Shown here in pieces: positions 1 to 22,100 of a DNA stretch of 64,000 nt. How positions within the stretch are numbered: position 1 is the first letter of the stretch; every line of letters starts with the position of its first letter. Made by a program: the position numbers and the translations under genes. Below the pieces are notes generated by a model that was given only the letters and a program-made list of their open reading frames with translations, was not told the DNA's origin and did no database searches. Origin of the DNA: Lingula anatina (Eukaryota; Animalia; Brachiopoda); NCBI GenBank assembly GCA_051362555.1, contig CM120642.1, positions 4,898,001-4,962,000 on the forward strand. Reading direction: 5' to 3'.

Positions 1-3000
1 GACAAAAAACAGAAAAAAAAAGATGCAAAATAGGTCATTTTGTCAATTTTGATGCAATAATAAATGCTTATAATAGCACAGTCAGTCAACACTGATTTTT
101 AATCATGCACAAGAGGTAACTTGGTTAATAACAGGAGCAGATCCAGAGATATTTTCTGACAGTATACCAAAGTATCTTTGTTGATCTATCCTCCATTTTG
201 ATGGTCTTCCAACAGAAACCCGTTAATATAAACTTTTAAATCTGACTGACTTCCAGGAGACCCAGAAGATGGTCTCAATCCACCCCTTCAATAAGATTAC
301 AGTTTCAGGACCATGAGAGTTAAAATTCACATGATGAAAGTCTCAATATATGAAAATTGATGACAGTGCATAAAATAATATTACAGCGTGTTTAAAGACA
401 TAAATACCAATACAACTGCTTATGTGGAAATACTGAAAATGTTAGAGCCTCAGGTGAATGGGAGTTAAAAATCACATCTTAAAAATGCCAGTGTTGGAGA
501 AAAAAATTAAAAAGAAAACAACAAAAATATAATTCCAATGAAGCTGCTATCCATGCTTCCTTATTATGGACACTATGTTATCTAGCGGAGAGCTTAACCT
601 TTGGGAGTTTACAGGGAAATATCAACAAGTGTGCTTTATTAAATCTCATTTAATGGCCCCTTAATTAGGCAAATGAGTTTATAGCACTGAAATTAGCCCA
701 GTGAATACCCAAGGGGAATTTACAGACTGACCACACAAATTTGTCTATCAAAGGTCTTCAGGCTCATAAGTCACACCTTAAGAAAAGCAGAAAACCATAA
801 TGCACAGATACAGGAGACTGCCAATTCTGATGCAATAATACATTATGTTTAACTGCACAGTCAACATCAAATTTTAATTATGCACAACAGGTAACACTGA
901 TGAAAGTAAAAGCATAAGGCTTCAGGCCCATCAGAATTCAAGTTTACAATTAGAAAGTGCCAGAATGAGAAAAATGAAAATTTCACAAAAAAATGCATAA
1001 ATTTAATAAAAATGATAATCCAATAGAGCTGGTTTTCTAATATGAGCTGTATGTCAATCCTAAAAATCATACTTGTAAGTTAAAAATAATAATAAGTAAC
1101 ACAGTTTTCTTTTCATAATGTTTGCAGTAGCAATGCAAAAATATTGTTGTCAATTTTGATGTAACATTACATAATAAATTATAGAATAATTATCACCAAT
1201 TTTTGATTATTGACAATAAATAGCATGGACATGTAGAAAATTTGATCACCATTCGGCTTCATGTCCATGGGAGCTCCGAGTCCCACAATGAATATGCCAA
1301 AAAGATAATGAATATTTCACTCAAATGTATAACTTCCAGAAAAAGAAGCCAATTAGACTGCTTTTCCAACTCATTCTGCATTTTAGTCCTGTGTTTCTTT
1401 TTTAAAGGTTTGACAGTCATAACACGGTTTTCCCATAATGGTCATCATGGCAGCAGCACCAAAAATTGTGTTTTCTTCTAATTTGATGCAACATTACATT
1501 ATGCTTAACAGTATAATGACCATCAATTTTTAATAATAGAATATTAGTAACATGGACATTCAGAAAACGTGACAAGCAAAGGTCTTCAGGATCTTGGAAC
1601 TTCAAAGTCACACCTTGAAAATGCCAATAAGTGAAAAATTAAATTTTCACAAAAAAACTGTTTAAATGCCAGAAAAAATTAACAAACAGACTGCATTGCC
1701 TACTGAAGCTGTATTTTAGACCCATGTTTCTTTCCTGTAAGTTTGAGAACAGTAATTGACATGATTTTTGTTAAATGGTCATCATGAGAGCAGTGCCCAA
1801 AATAGGGGTTTCTTCAAATTTTGATGCAATATTACATAATGTTTAACAGCATAATGACCATCAATTTTTAATAATGGAATATTAGTCACATGAACATTCA
1901 GAAAACGTGACTAGCAAAGGTCTGCAGGCTCATGGAACTTCAAAGTCACACCTTGAAAATGCCAATATGTGAAAAATTAAATTTTCACAAAAAACTGTTT
2001 AACTGCCAGAAAAAATTAACAAACAGACTGCATTGCCTACTGAAGCTGTATTTTAGCCCCATGTTTCTTTCCTGTAAGTTTGAGAACAGTACTTGACATG
2101 ATTTTTGTTAAATGGTCATCATGAGAGCAGTGCCCAAAATAGGGGTTTCTTCAAATTTTGATGCAATATCACATAATGTTTAACAGCATAATGACCATCA
2201 ATTTTTAATAATAGAATATTAGTAACATGAACATTCAGAAAACGTGACTAGCAAAGGTCTGCAGGCTCATGGAACTTCAAAGTCACACCTTGAAAATGCC
2301 AATATGTGAAAAATTAAATTTTCACAAAAAACTGTTTAACTGCCAGAAAAAATTACCAAACAGACTGCATTGCCTACTGAAGCTGTATTTTAGCCCCATG
2401 TTTCTTTCTTGTAAGTTTGAAAACAGTAAGTGACATGGTTTTTCTTAAATGGTAATCATGGGAGCCCAAAATAGGGGTTTCTTCAAATTTTGATGCAATA
2501 TTACATAATGTTTAACAGCATAATGACCATCAATTTTTAATAATAAAATATTAGTATCATGGATATTCAGAAAATGTGACTAGCAAAGGTCTGCAGGCTC
2601 ATGGAACTTCAAAGTCACATCTTAAAAATGCCAAAATGTAAACAAGACAGCACTGTTCTGAAATAGGTTTATTTCCATTTTTAACATTTTTTTAACATAA
2701 AACAAAATAAACAGTTTTCTACCATTTGTATATGATCAACTAAGAAAATTGATGAGATGGGAAAAATATCAATAGAACAGTGTTATATGTCCAATTTCCT
2801 CCATTCTGAGATTCTGAACATAGTGGATGATTGAATCTGACAAACTGCAATGATATGAGTTTATTTCCATTTTTGACACTATATTACACAATACACAATA
2901 ACAAGTTTACCATCATTTTTACATAATCAACTAACAATGTTATTAAGATGCAGGAAATGTCAAACAAACACTTTTACGTGTCTTATTAGTTCAATAATGA

Positions 3001-5236
3001 GACTGTTAACATGCCTAACAACTGAATCTGAGGAAATGTGAAAAAACAGCATAACTTCTAAAAGAATGGCCCGATTATGCTGATTTTGGAACTCAACCTG
3101 CGTCTTAGTTGGCTTGACTACTCCTGTGAGTATAATGACAATTGGCCTATCTGCTTTTCTTATATTGTGTTATTAGTGTTGCATATATGTTGAAAGAAGT
3201 GAAAAAACAGCATAACTTCCCTAAAAATGGCCCGATCATGCTGATTTTCGAACTTTACCTGCGTATTATAAATATTCATCAGTTCTGTAAGTTTCAAGCC
3301 AAAAGGTAAAATGGTTTTCCATTTATGGTGTTATCGGTGCTGCATATATGCTGAAAAAAGAGAAAAAATAGCCTAAATTCACTAAAAGTGACCCAATCAC
3401 GCTGATTTTCGAACTTTACCTGCGTATTATGAATATTCATCAGTTCTGTAAGTTTCAAGCCAAAAGGTAAAATGGTTTTCCACTTATCGTGTTATCGGTG
3501 CTGCATATATGCTGAAAAAAGTGAAAAAACAGCATAAATTCCCTATAAGTGACCCGATCATGCTGATTTTCGAACTTGACCTGCGTATTATGAATATTCA
3601 TCAGTTCTGTAAGTTTCAAGCCAAAAGGTAAAATAGTTTTCCACTTATCGTGTTATCGGTGCTGCATATATGCTGAAAAAAGTGAAAAAACAGCATAAAT
3701 TCCCTATAAGTGACCCGATCATGCTGATTTTTGAACTTGACCTGCGTATAACGAATATTCATCAGTTCTGTAAGTTTCAAGTCAAAAGAAAAAACAGGTT
3801 TCCACTTATCGTGTTATCGGTAAAAGTGCACGGCGACGACGGCGACGGTGACGACAGACGCAGATGATGGCTATATGTACAGACACATCTGTGTCTGTAC
3901 ATAAAAATTGATGAAATGGGAAAAGTATCAATAGAACAGTGTTAAATGTCCAATTTCCTCCATTCTGAGATTCTGAACATAGTGGATGATTGAATCTGAC
4001 AAACTGCAATGATATGAGTTTATTTCCATTTTTGACACTTTATTACACAATACATGATAACAAGTTTACCATGTTTTTTACATAATCAACTAACAATGTT
4101 GTAAAGATGCAGGAAATATCAAACAAACACTTTTAGGCATCTTATTAGTTAAATAATGAGACTGTTAACATGCTTAAGAATTGAATCTGAGGAAATGTGA
4201 AAAAAACAGTATAACTTCTAAAATAATGGCCCGATTATGCTGATTTTCGAACTCAACCTGCGTTTTAGTAAGATTGACCACTCCTGTGAGTATAATTACA
4301 ATTGGCCAATCCGTTTTTCTTATATTGTGTTATCAGTGTTGCATTTATGCTGAAAATAGTGAAAAAACAGCATAAATTCCCTCAAAATAGCCCAATCATG
4401 CTGATTTTCGAACTTGACCTGCGTATTATGAATATTCATCAGTTCTGTAAGTTTCAAGTCAAAAGGTAAAATGGTTTTCCACTTATCGTGTTATCGGTGC
4501 TGCATATATGCTGAAAAAAGTGAAAAAACAGCATAAATTCCCTCAAAATAGCCCAATCATGCTGATTTTCGAACTTGACCTGCGTATGATGAATATTCAT
4601 CAGTTCTGTAAGTTTCAAGTCAAAAGGTAAAATGGTTTTCCACTTATCGTGTTATCGGTGCTGCATATATGCTGAAAAAAGTGAAAAAACAGCATAAATT
4701 CCCTAAAAGTGACCCGATCATGCTGATTTTCGAACTTGACCTGCGTATTATGAATATTCATCAGTTCTGTAAGTTTCAAGTCAAAAGGTAAAATGGTTTT
4801 CCACTTATCATGTTATCGGTGCTGCATATATGCTGAAAAAGAGAAAAAACTGCATAAATTCCCTAAAAGTGACCCAATCATGCTGATTTTCGAACTTGAC
4901 CTGCGTATTATGAATATTCATTAGTTCTGTAAGTTTCAAGTCAAAAGGTAAAATGGTTTTCCACTTATCGTGTTATCGGTGCTGCATATATGTTGAAAAA
5001 AGTGAAAAAACAGCATAAATTCCCTAAGAGTGACCCGATCATGCTGATTTTCGAACTTGACCTGCGTATTATGAATATTCATCAGTTCTGCAAGTTTCAA
5101 ATCAAAAGGCAAAATGGTTTTCCACTTATCGTGTTATCGGTAAAAGTGCACGGCGACGGCGACGGCGGCGACGACGGCGACGACAGACGCAGATGATGGC
5201 TATATGTACAGACACATCTGTGTCTGTACATAAAAA
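1..5236 (-). mobile_element. Non-autonomous Helentron/HINE-like element(s), copy 1 (composite, runs off window start)
   Basis: On the - strand it begins TTTTTATGTACAGACACAGATGTGTCTGTACATA (terminal hairpin; + strand ~5203-5232, second copy ~3873-3903). A (GTC/GCC)n microsatellite follows, then ~161-bp tandem units (CTGATTTT at 3241, 3402, 3563, 3724) and ~337-bp units (GTTTGA at 1741, 2078, 2415). Bases 1-1075 match 36713-37790. The layout of T-run, subterminal IR, microsatellite, tandem array and 3' stem-loop is that of DINE-1/HINE elements. Confidence 0.8.
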
Positions 5237-5357
5237 GATTCCATTCCAATGTTTTCATACTAAGGTCATACAATGACCATTCTGCTCATCACCCCTAAAT
5301 AGGAAGCAGTTTCGTTATCTTTACATATAATGCATAGTGGAGAAGAGTAACCCTTAC

Positions 5358-6596
5358 ACCTGCTCCAGAATTAATCAGCAGAGCCGCCACATGGCTGTTT
5401 CCCAACATGGCAGCATAATAAAGTGGAGACAGGCTGGCAGAGTCCTTTTTATTCACACAGGCATGATGGTCTATCAGCAGTTGAGCAAAGTTGACATTTC
5501 TGGTAAGTAGAAAGAATCACGTGCTATGGTAACACATGTTAGATCAGACTTCACAGAGCTACACAGCACAAAACCCAGTGGCTTTGAAATCTTTTGGTTC
5601 ATTTTGATAATGGTCACATAATTTTTCAAAAATTTTCAGGATATCCTATAAAGAGATTTTAAAGTGACAAAGAAAAGTATTTTTCCTAGGTAAAAGATTA
5701 ACCATTAAAAAATAATATATTATGCAGATGTGGATTCATCAGTACAGGAGTCTACCTTAATCTAGCAGCCACCATAATGGGGTACTCCTCTTCTCCATCT
5801 TCTGAGTCCCTACACACACTTCTCTGGTTGGGGTCAGCTCCATACCTGAAACAAATTAGGTGTACAATCAGTCTATGGCTTTTTATTAGCCCGATTGCCC
5901 TTCTGGACACCAAGATATAAGAATTGACTTATCCATAACAGAAAAAAGCTCCCTAAAAGGCACATCTTTGCAAAATTTTATAGGCCTGCCTCAGTTTTAC
6001 TGACAATATGGACCAGTGTTAGCATTGCAGATTGAATACAATGATGAAATTGGCTGACATATTCAACAATGTACATGTCTTTTATCTTCTTGAAACTGTT
6101 ACAAGATGGTCTTCTTTAGGAGTTAAAATAATTCTAAACACTTGCTATGAAGATCATCTAAATGCGCTAAAGTAAAATTGCTAGATGCCAAGGCTTAGAC
6201 ACTGTGAGGTTCTAAGATGCAGAAAGATGTACTTTAATATGAATTTTTATAATTTTAAAGTCTAAATTGGAAAGTACTTTAATATGAATTTTTATAATTT
6301 TGAAGTCTAAATTGGGAAGGATAAGAAGCTTCAATACAAGTTAAAAGTTTTTGGAACATTTATAAACACCTTCAAGGAGAATTGATGTCACAGTAAAATA
6401 TCTTTAAGTATGTTAAACAGTACCTCAGCAGCAGTTGTATCACTCCTATGTGCCCCATATACATAGCCATGTTGAGGGGGGTCACCCCAGAGTCTGAGAT
6501 CCTCTTGTTCACATCAACGCCCCTATCCAGCCACTTCTGAACATCCTGGAGATCTCGGTCCAGAATGGCTCGCCTCAGACCATGGTAGAATGGCAT
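5358..6596 (-). CDS. Ankyrin-repeat protein, 5' part (continues past the left end of the window)
   Basis: Exons 6596-6424, 5845-5756 and 5499-~5358/5360 join in phase through GT-AG introns: MPFYHGL...RGVDVNKRISDSGVTPLNMAMYMGHIGVIQLLLR/YGADPNQ...YPIMVAARLR/NVNFAQLLIDHHACVNKKDSASLSPLYYAAMLGNSHVAALLINSGA. These are ankyrin consensus motifs. A probable non-coding exon has its donor at ~7185. Confidence 0.85.
6229..6318. repeat. 45-bp tandem duplication (2 copies)
   Basis: GTACTTTAATATGAATTTTTATAATTTT(A/G)AAGTCTAAATTGG occurs at 6229 and 6274. Confidence 0.85.
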
Positions 6597-7289
6597 GCTG
6601 TTATATCACAGTTACACAAGTTGGCAAGAATGTGGAACCTGGAGAATTAATATAAAGGTTTGGGTAAATAATATCAGAAATCATTCTAGATATTTTAATT
6701 ATTATAAAATCAAATAAAGATAAGATATCAGCTGATTGAAAAGACATTCTGCTTCAGAAAACAGCATCTATTTACGTTTCTTTGTAGTCCATGTTTAAGA
6801 TCAATTTGCTTATGCTAAAAATATCTTAAGCTAGTGATTATTTACAATACCAGAAATCAAATTACAATTTGCTCTGAATTGTAAAATGATTGTAATCAGG
6901 AAAAAATTAATTTGGCCATCAAGTAAAGGCGGTGTAAAATTCTACACATCGAGTCCGAACTCATAACGCTCCTGTGTCAAGTCAAATAAATCACAGAACG
7001 TAACGATGACAAGTGACATAACAACAGTGTCGACAAGATAAATCTGTCTGTGCTGACACTGACAGCAACTTCATCCCCTCCAGATAAACGCAAACTGTGA
7101 ATCTATCCCTTTAGCAATTGTTATATTTTAACGTGCATTAATTATAACAGATCTATATTGTCACGTACTAAGACTTAATACTCACGTTCAGAGTCCCATT
7201 CTCATGAATTATTACAATGTTTTGATTTTTAAGGGAGAACCTGTTGCACTGTTCACCATCTTGGAATTCCTGTGGCCTCTGTGGCCTCG

Positions 7290-7560
7290 ATTTGGATAAA
7301 TTCTGAAATTTTGTAATTTTTTACATTAATATGAATATTATTGCAATGTTAATAATTTCAATATGTTCTTTACAAATACTGTTTTTATTCTGATGCCTTT
7401 TCAACCAATAAAAAAGATAATCTTTGAACATTTTTAAGAAAATTCCCCAGAGACTTAATTATGACGTCAAAATCTTTTGGCCAATCAGAAGCGTGTAAAC
7501 CGCGTCCATTTGAACATCATAATACGACCTCTTTACACGGAAAACGGGGCTACTTGCTCT
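7290..7560. promoter_or_regulatory. Putative bidirectional promoter (ankyrin gene / ODF2)
   Basis: Lies between divergent first-exon donors (- strand GTGAGT at ~7185; + strand CAG|GTAAGA at 7646/7647). Contains a full CRE TGACGTCA (7462-7469), a CCAAT box GGCCAATCAG (7479-7488) and local CpG enrichment. Confidence 0.6.
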
Positions 7561-8154
7561 CAGTAGTGCTTTTAAGTCGCAAGCTATTCATAACAGCTTA
7601 ATATAATACTTGGATAGAAAGATTACAATAATCAGTTCATCTTCAGGTAAGAATTAGGTTCTTATTTGATTAAATATCACAGACAGCTAGAAAAGAAATG
7701 TCTCTCAACGATCCCAGCCCAGGTATTTACATTATTTACCTGTAGTGTATTAACCACGGCTACCGGCAGCAGCGTAGATCTAAGCAAAATAATGTAGATG
7801 ATAATTGATATAACTGATGGTTACAGAAATTACCAACCACTAAAATTATATATGCTATGAATATCTTCTGGTTGTATTATTTTGTCAATTTTATGGGGCG
7901 AGTGAAGCAAAGTGATTTTATATTGATTTCTCCCATTTACTTGCAAATCTTTATGAACCACAGTCTTCTACAAGATATTAATGATTTGTGCATCTGTCAC
8001 TTACATTCAATATTGCTGTCTACTGCCTTGATTAGACTGAGAAGTGATGTAACCTGCCAAATGTTTATAAAACAGAAACCTACACTCAAAGTATGTACTA
8101 GTTTTTATTTATTGTAATAGTACAAATATAAGATTATATTATTTTTCTTGTAGG

Positions 8155-17284
<9,130 letters not shown>

Positions 17285-19151
17285 GGACAGCTGTTGGATA
17301 GAAAACAGCACTTCCATATTAATAAAATCCTTCAGTCACCTTTCATTTCATGCCATTTAATATCATGTGTTCAAGTGCTTCAAAACCTTGGATGTTGTTG
17401 CTAAGGATGTGTAGCTGAAGTACGCAGCACAGTCGAGTGCCATTTGGAGTAGACGACTTCAATTTTATGTACACTAACCTATAAAAATAGACAACTGATT
17501 TTTCTTTTTTGTTAAGAAGCATGTCATATGATTTCATTTGTACAACCTTTTTTCTAATGAATATTATTTCTAAATCATTTCTTTTCATTTCCTGTGATCA
17601 CAATAATTCTTTATCATTTCAATGACCTTATCATTCAAGCATATGAATATGAATTCTTATAATTCTTCTCAGAAGGGGGGGTGGGACTAAGTTTTTAAGA
17701 ACTTTATTATTATCTGTACAATAGCCATCATGTTTGATGTTGTAAGGAGGGAGCAGCAACTCATTTCTGTCATATTTTGTCATGTTTGACTAAATTAAAG
17801 TTTCAGATAATTTAGAACCTATTTGGTGCTGTTAAAGAAAAGCATTAAAATAGATTTTTCTAATAAAACTTGAACCGCAAGATGAAATGTTATTGTTTAT
17901 GTACACCATTTCTCATGTTTATATTAAATGAATTCAGGAAAAAGCATTAAAGATGATATGCCTGATTTCACTTCTTTATTAAAAATAAAAGCTTGTAAAA
18001 TGCTTTATTGATGGGCAAAAGCCTTGACACTTACTTTTTATCTACACAAGGTTGATTGACCTTGGCAATTTTAATTATAATAATGTAAATCATGTAAGTT
18101 TAATTACCATATTTCTACCAGAAAATTTCAATAAATGCTATTCGTTCTGCAGTTTCCACCCTCTGTTTGCACATGAATATTGATTACAGTTCATCAATTT
18201 CTTCGGAGTTTGCCAGAATACACCGCATTCCAACTTTTAAAAAACACATTTAAGCACCTTTAAGCTAGATTACCTAGGTCCTAATTGAACCTACAACAAA
18301 AACGTCACAAAAACTGCATTTTCCACAGTTATCACCATGGCAATCCCTCAAAAATAAATTATCTCTAAACACAAAAAACAGAAAACTATTTCAACATTAA
18401 AATACTGTAATAAAACCCTCTAAAAAACTAAGACTACATAAAATCAAATAATGTTTGACAGAAAAAGAGTAAAATCTGTATGTAATTTCACAATAAACAC
18501 TAAGTTTGATTGATGACAAGCAATTTGAAAATGGATTCATTAATAAGTCTTGCCTTACAGAAAATTATACAATTGGCAAGCCTAACTAATATATTATATT
18601 TAAGCCAACTTCCTCAAGCATTTTATTTCAAAGGAATTTGTCAAGTAAATATCCTAAAAAAAATTGTAAATAATTTATTGTTGAGCTATAGCATTACAGC
18701 ACCTAACGTAATGCTCACTATCACAAGGGTTGTTCACATCAAACATAAAATACAAGATTTAAAAATAAACGATTCCCAAACATCATACACATAATCTAGT
18801 TATAAATAAAAACACCAGTATACTTCCTGAGTATTATGGTCTAATGTTTTCAAGTTCAATCTAAAGCTGATCTACCACAAATGGGGGAATTCTTATTGCT
18901 GCCACCAGACATACCAATATCATATGAACCGCTGTCACATACCTAGAATCTAAAATTTCATTTAAAAGAGACTGCACTTTGGATTATCTTGTATTATATC
19001 TTACTATATTCTTTGTAGATACCTTGTTCTTTCATCTCAGTCATGTTAATCCTGTGTCAGGGATTGATTAAAAACAGACAAGCAAGTTAGCCTCCTCCCT
19101 CCCTCCCATCTTGGCCAGAATAGTAATGAATAGACAATGAAAACTGCTGCG

Positions 19152-22100
19152 TCATGATGAAGGCTTCCCATACACCTGAAGATGCAAACTTTCACCTTGC
19201 AGTCTTGTCCACACTTCTGCCATGCTGGCCTCATTTTCAATATACATAGGGGTCTCCACTGTGCTCCACCGCCACCTAGATAAAAAATAACCAAGAAAAT
19301 TTGTTACTTGCATTGTTGCCAAGGTACTTACACATTAAACCAAACAATTTTTTGTGACTGTTATTTGAAAAAGCCACTTTATACCTGTTATAAAATGGCC
19401 AACAAAAGATTTTAAGATAATGAGTTCATGAAAATTCTTCTTTCATTGTGGGAAGGTGCATTGAATGCTTTGGCCACACCCACCGTTAATGAAGCCAATA
19501 AAGTCACTCTGCTGCCTTAACCAATAATTGCACTAAAAATAATTTAATTTATTAAAATAGATGAATAAGAAAAAATATAATTAAAAAAAACTAAATGATG
19601 ATAAAATTCAATCTAGGAACAAACTACCGTCAACTTTGTCAATAATATCCAATAACCACTAAACTACCACTTTCTTATTACCATATAGATATAGAATTCT
19701 CTGGATATCCAAATTTCTGGCTGGCCTTCTGAAGAGCCTGTTGTAGTGTGCTGCCCCTCCTCAATGGCCAAGTACTTGTCTCACTGTCACATTCAAAAGT
19801 TGCCATGACAACACCTATAGAGGACTTCGAAATTAATGATGGCGGTTTTTTGGGTGGAACAGGGGACTTTTCTTTTTGATTTGAATCTTTGGACATTGCT
19901 CTCAATTTTAGCTCTAAAATATCTTTATTGCGTTCCAATTGTCCATTCCCTGATAGAGATTGAAGAGGAGAAACCTTGTCCGTTTGTTCTGCATGTCTGC
20001 CTGCCACAGCAGGGACAGACTTAGTATAAGTCCCTTTAGACTCCTTAGTCCACTTCCCATGACTATCAATTAAGCTGGAGGCCACATTTCTATCAGAAGA
20101 CTTCTGAAGTAATCGTGGCGGGATTTTCAAAGGCACTGGTGGTCTTGAGATACGAGTATCTGTACTATTAGCACCATAGGATTTTGTGTCTTCATCTTGT
20201 GAAATTTTACTGGTATTGTTAGCTTTGGTGACATCTGTATGTGAACTACTTTTTGTCGTGCCCAAAGGTAGTAAAAATCTGTGTGGAGGAATTCCAATGT
20301 TATCACTGCTGTCTTTTACACTAGATGACAAACATGTACTGCTGCCAGACTTGAAGTCTTTCACCAGATGTGATCCCTTAGGGGGTCTGGCTGGTCTCGG
20401 TGACACATTCTTTCTACTTGAAACAGGAGAGTTAGGTGCAGAGTGACTTGATGTCCTTGACAGATTTGGATGGGCTCTCTACAAAATATAGACAAATCAT
20501 ATAAAGTATAAATGTAATTTTACATATTTATTGTTAAGCAGTGATCTTTCTTTCACTGATAATGAAGTTTCAAAGTGTCTTTTTTTTTTTCATTCAAGAC
20601 TGAGCAAGAAAAAAATACTCTTTCTTAGTGTACAACATATAAATATTTATAAATCACTTACAACTTTTGAGGTTTCACTTTCACCTTCTGGTTCCAAGCA
20701 TGACACAACCTGGAAAACAAAATATCTGATTATTTCTGGGCAAAACTGAGGTTTCCAAAATATACAAAACAAAATCTATAGAGAACATCCATGGAACTTA
20801 CTTAAATGTAAAATATCTTAACCAAAATATAATATCCTTATAATTACCATGATTTAATTCCTGATGTAGAACATAAAAAATATTTGACCTACGTAATAAA
20901 TTGTTATTTAACTGGTGCTGCACTTAGAAAAGCATGAATAAAGAGAACCATATATGCAAGCACTACCTTAGCTTTTCCCAAGTAATCTTTTTTCTGTAGG
21001 TTTGCAATGGCTGACTGTGGTGGTTTAAAAAGTAGACCAATGGGCACTTGACTAGAAGAGGATACAGGCACTGGCTTTCTAATCTACAAAAGAAAAAAAA
21101 TCTTAAATTATTGGTAACAGATTTTATTTTTAGTGAAAGATTTCATAAATGACATTTTTTATTCATATATCTATATTCATAAATCATATATCATATATTC
21201 ATAAATCTATGGAGAGTTAATCAATATTCACAGACAGACACTATATCTTTAATGGTTCCTGGATGCTGTCACCAAGCTTATAGCAGAATTTTTCACAACA
21301 AGCTGAAAAAAAGTAGCATATTTTGCATATACCTGCTGGTACTGATGAAAATGCATATATGGAGATTTGAAAATATAATGCTGCAACTGGAACTGAAGCC
21401 CACTGGAACTGATCCCGAAAGGATTTATTTAAAAAAAAATTCTTCTTGAATAGTGAATTTCAAGCTTGATATAATAGAAATATAACAAACCTGTGTGTTG
21501 TGTAAGGCTTGCTGTATCACCACAGTCCACTTGTCAGTGAGTTGCTGCTGCAGCGCCTGATCTAGATGCCATTTTGCTTTTTCATAGTGTCCCAAATGTG
21601 ACTGGCACACAGCACAGTTATAGTAAACCTGAAAGCATTTAAAAGCAATAAATGAACTGCAACCCCTTCTAATCCAATTGTGCATATAACCAACTGCTAA
21701 TGAGTCAGGAAATCAGCTATTATAATATCTGATTCAGTAGAAAGTTACAGGTAAAAGGTTAACGGTCATGGTAGTGCTGGTAATTGTGGATTGGGGGGGG
21801 GGGGGGGGGGCTTTAACCTCTTCTATACATATGCAGTTTATTGATAAAAAACTAAAGCCGGTGATGTTGTTGTGTGTTCTTCTGAATTTCTTACCTCTAC
21901 AGTGGACAGCTTATAATTCAACCCCAGCTGTTTGTAATCTATGGTTCCTTTGCCTCTCAGCTTCTCTAGGGCTTCCAGGAAATCTTTCTCTGCATCTGAA
22001 AACCTGAGGAACATATCTAGTCTCAATATATTTTTGTCACAAACTGATGTATTGGATATATCTTTGACAGTTTCACATTATCAAGAAAATAATCTTCAAA

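Noticed and set aside
3550-3612. Hammerhead-ribozyme-like CTGATGA...GAAA on the - strand of each 161-bp unit
   Set aside because: Stem II does not pair (A opposite C at the closing position), there is an extra A before stem III, and no stem I complement exists.
3670-3867. Recurrent short ORFs MLKKVKKQH...DDRRR (also 4990, 38784) and their antisense ORFs
   Set aside because: They are translations of the HINE monomer plus microsatellite; sister monomers have stops, and no domain is recognisable.
3200-5150. Regular repeats as a CRISPR array
   Set aside because: Units are contiguous ~161-bp tandem monomers with no unique spacers, no cas genes are present, and the context is eukaryotic.
19799-19812. 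RFX X-box-like GTTGCCATGACAAC near the ciliary gene ODF2
   Set aside because: It lies inside a coding exon of the neighbouring gene, 12 kb from the ODF2 promoter, and can be explained by codon content (VVMAT).
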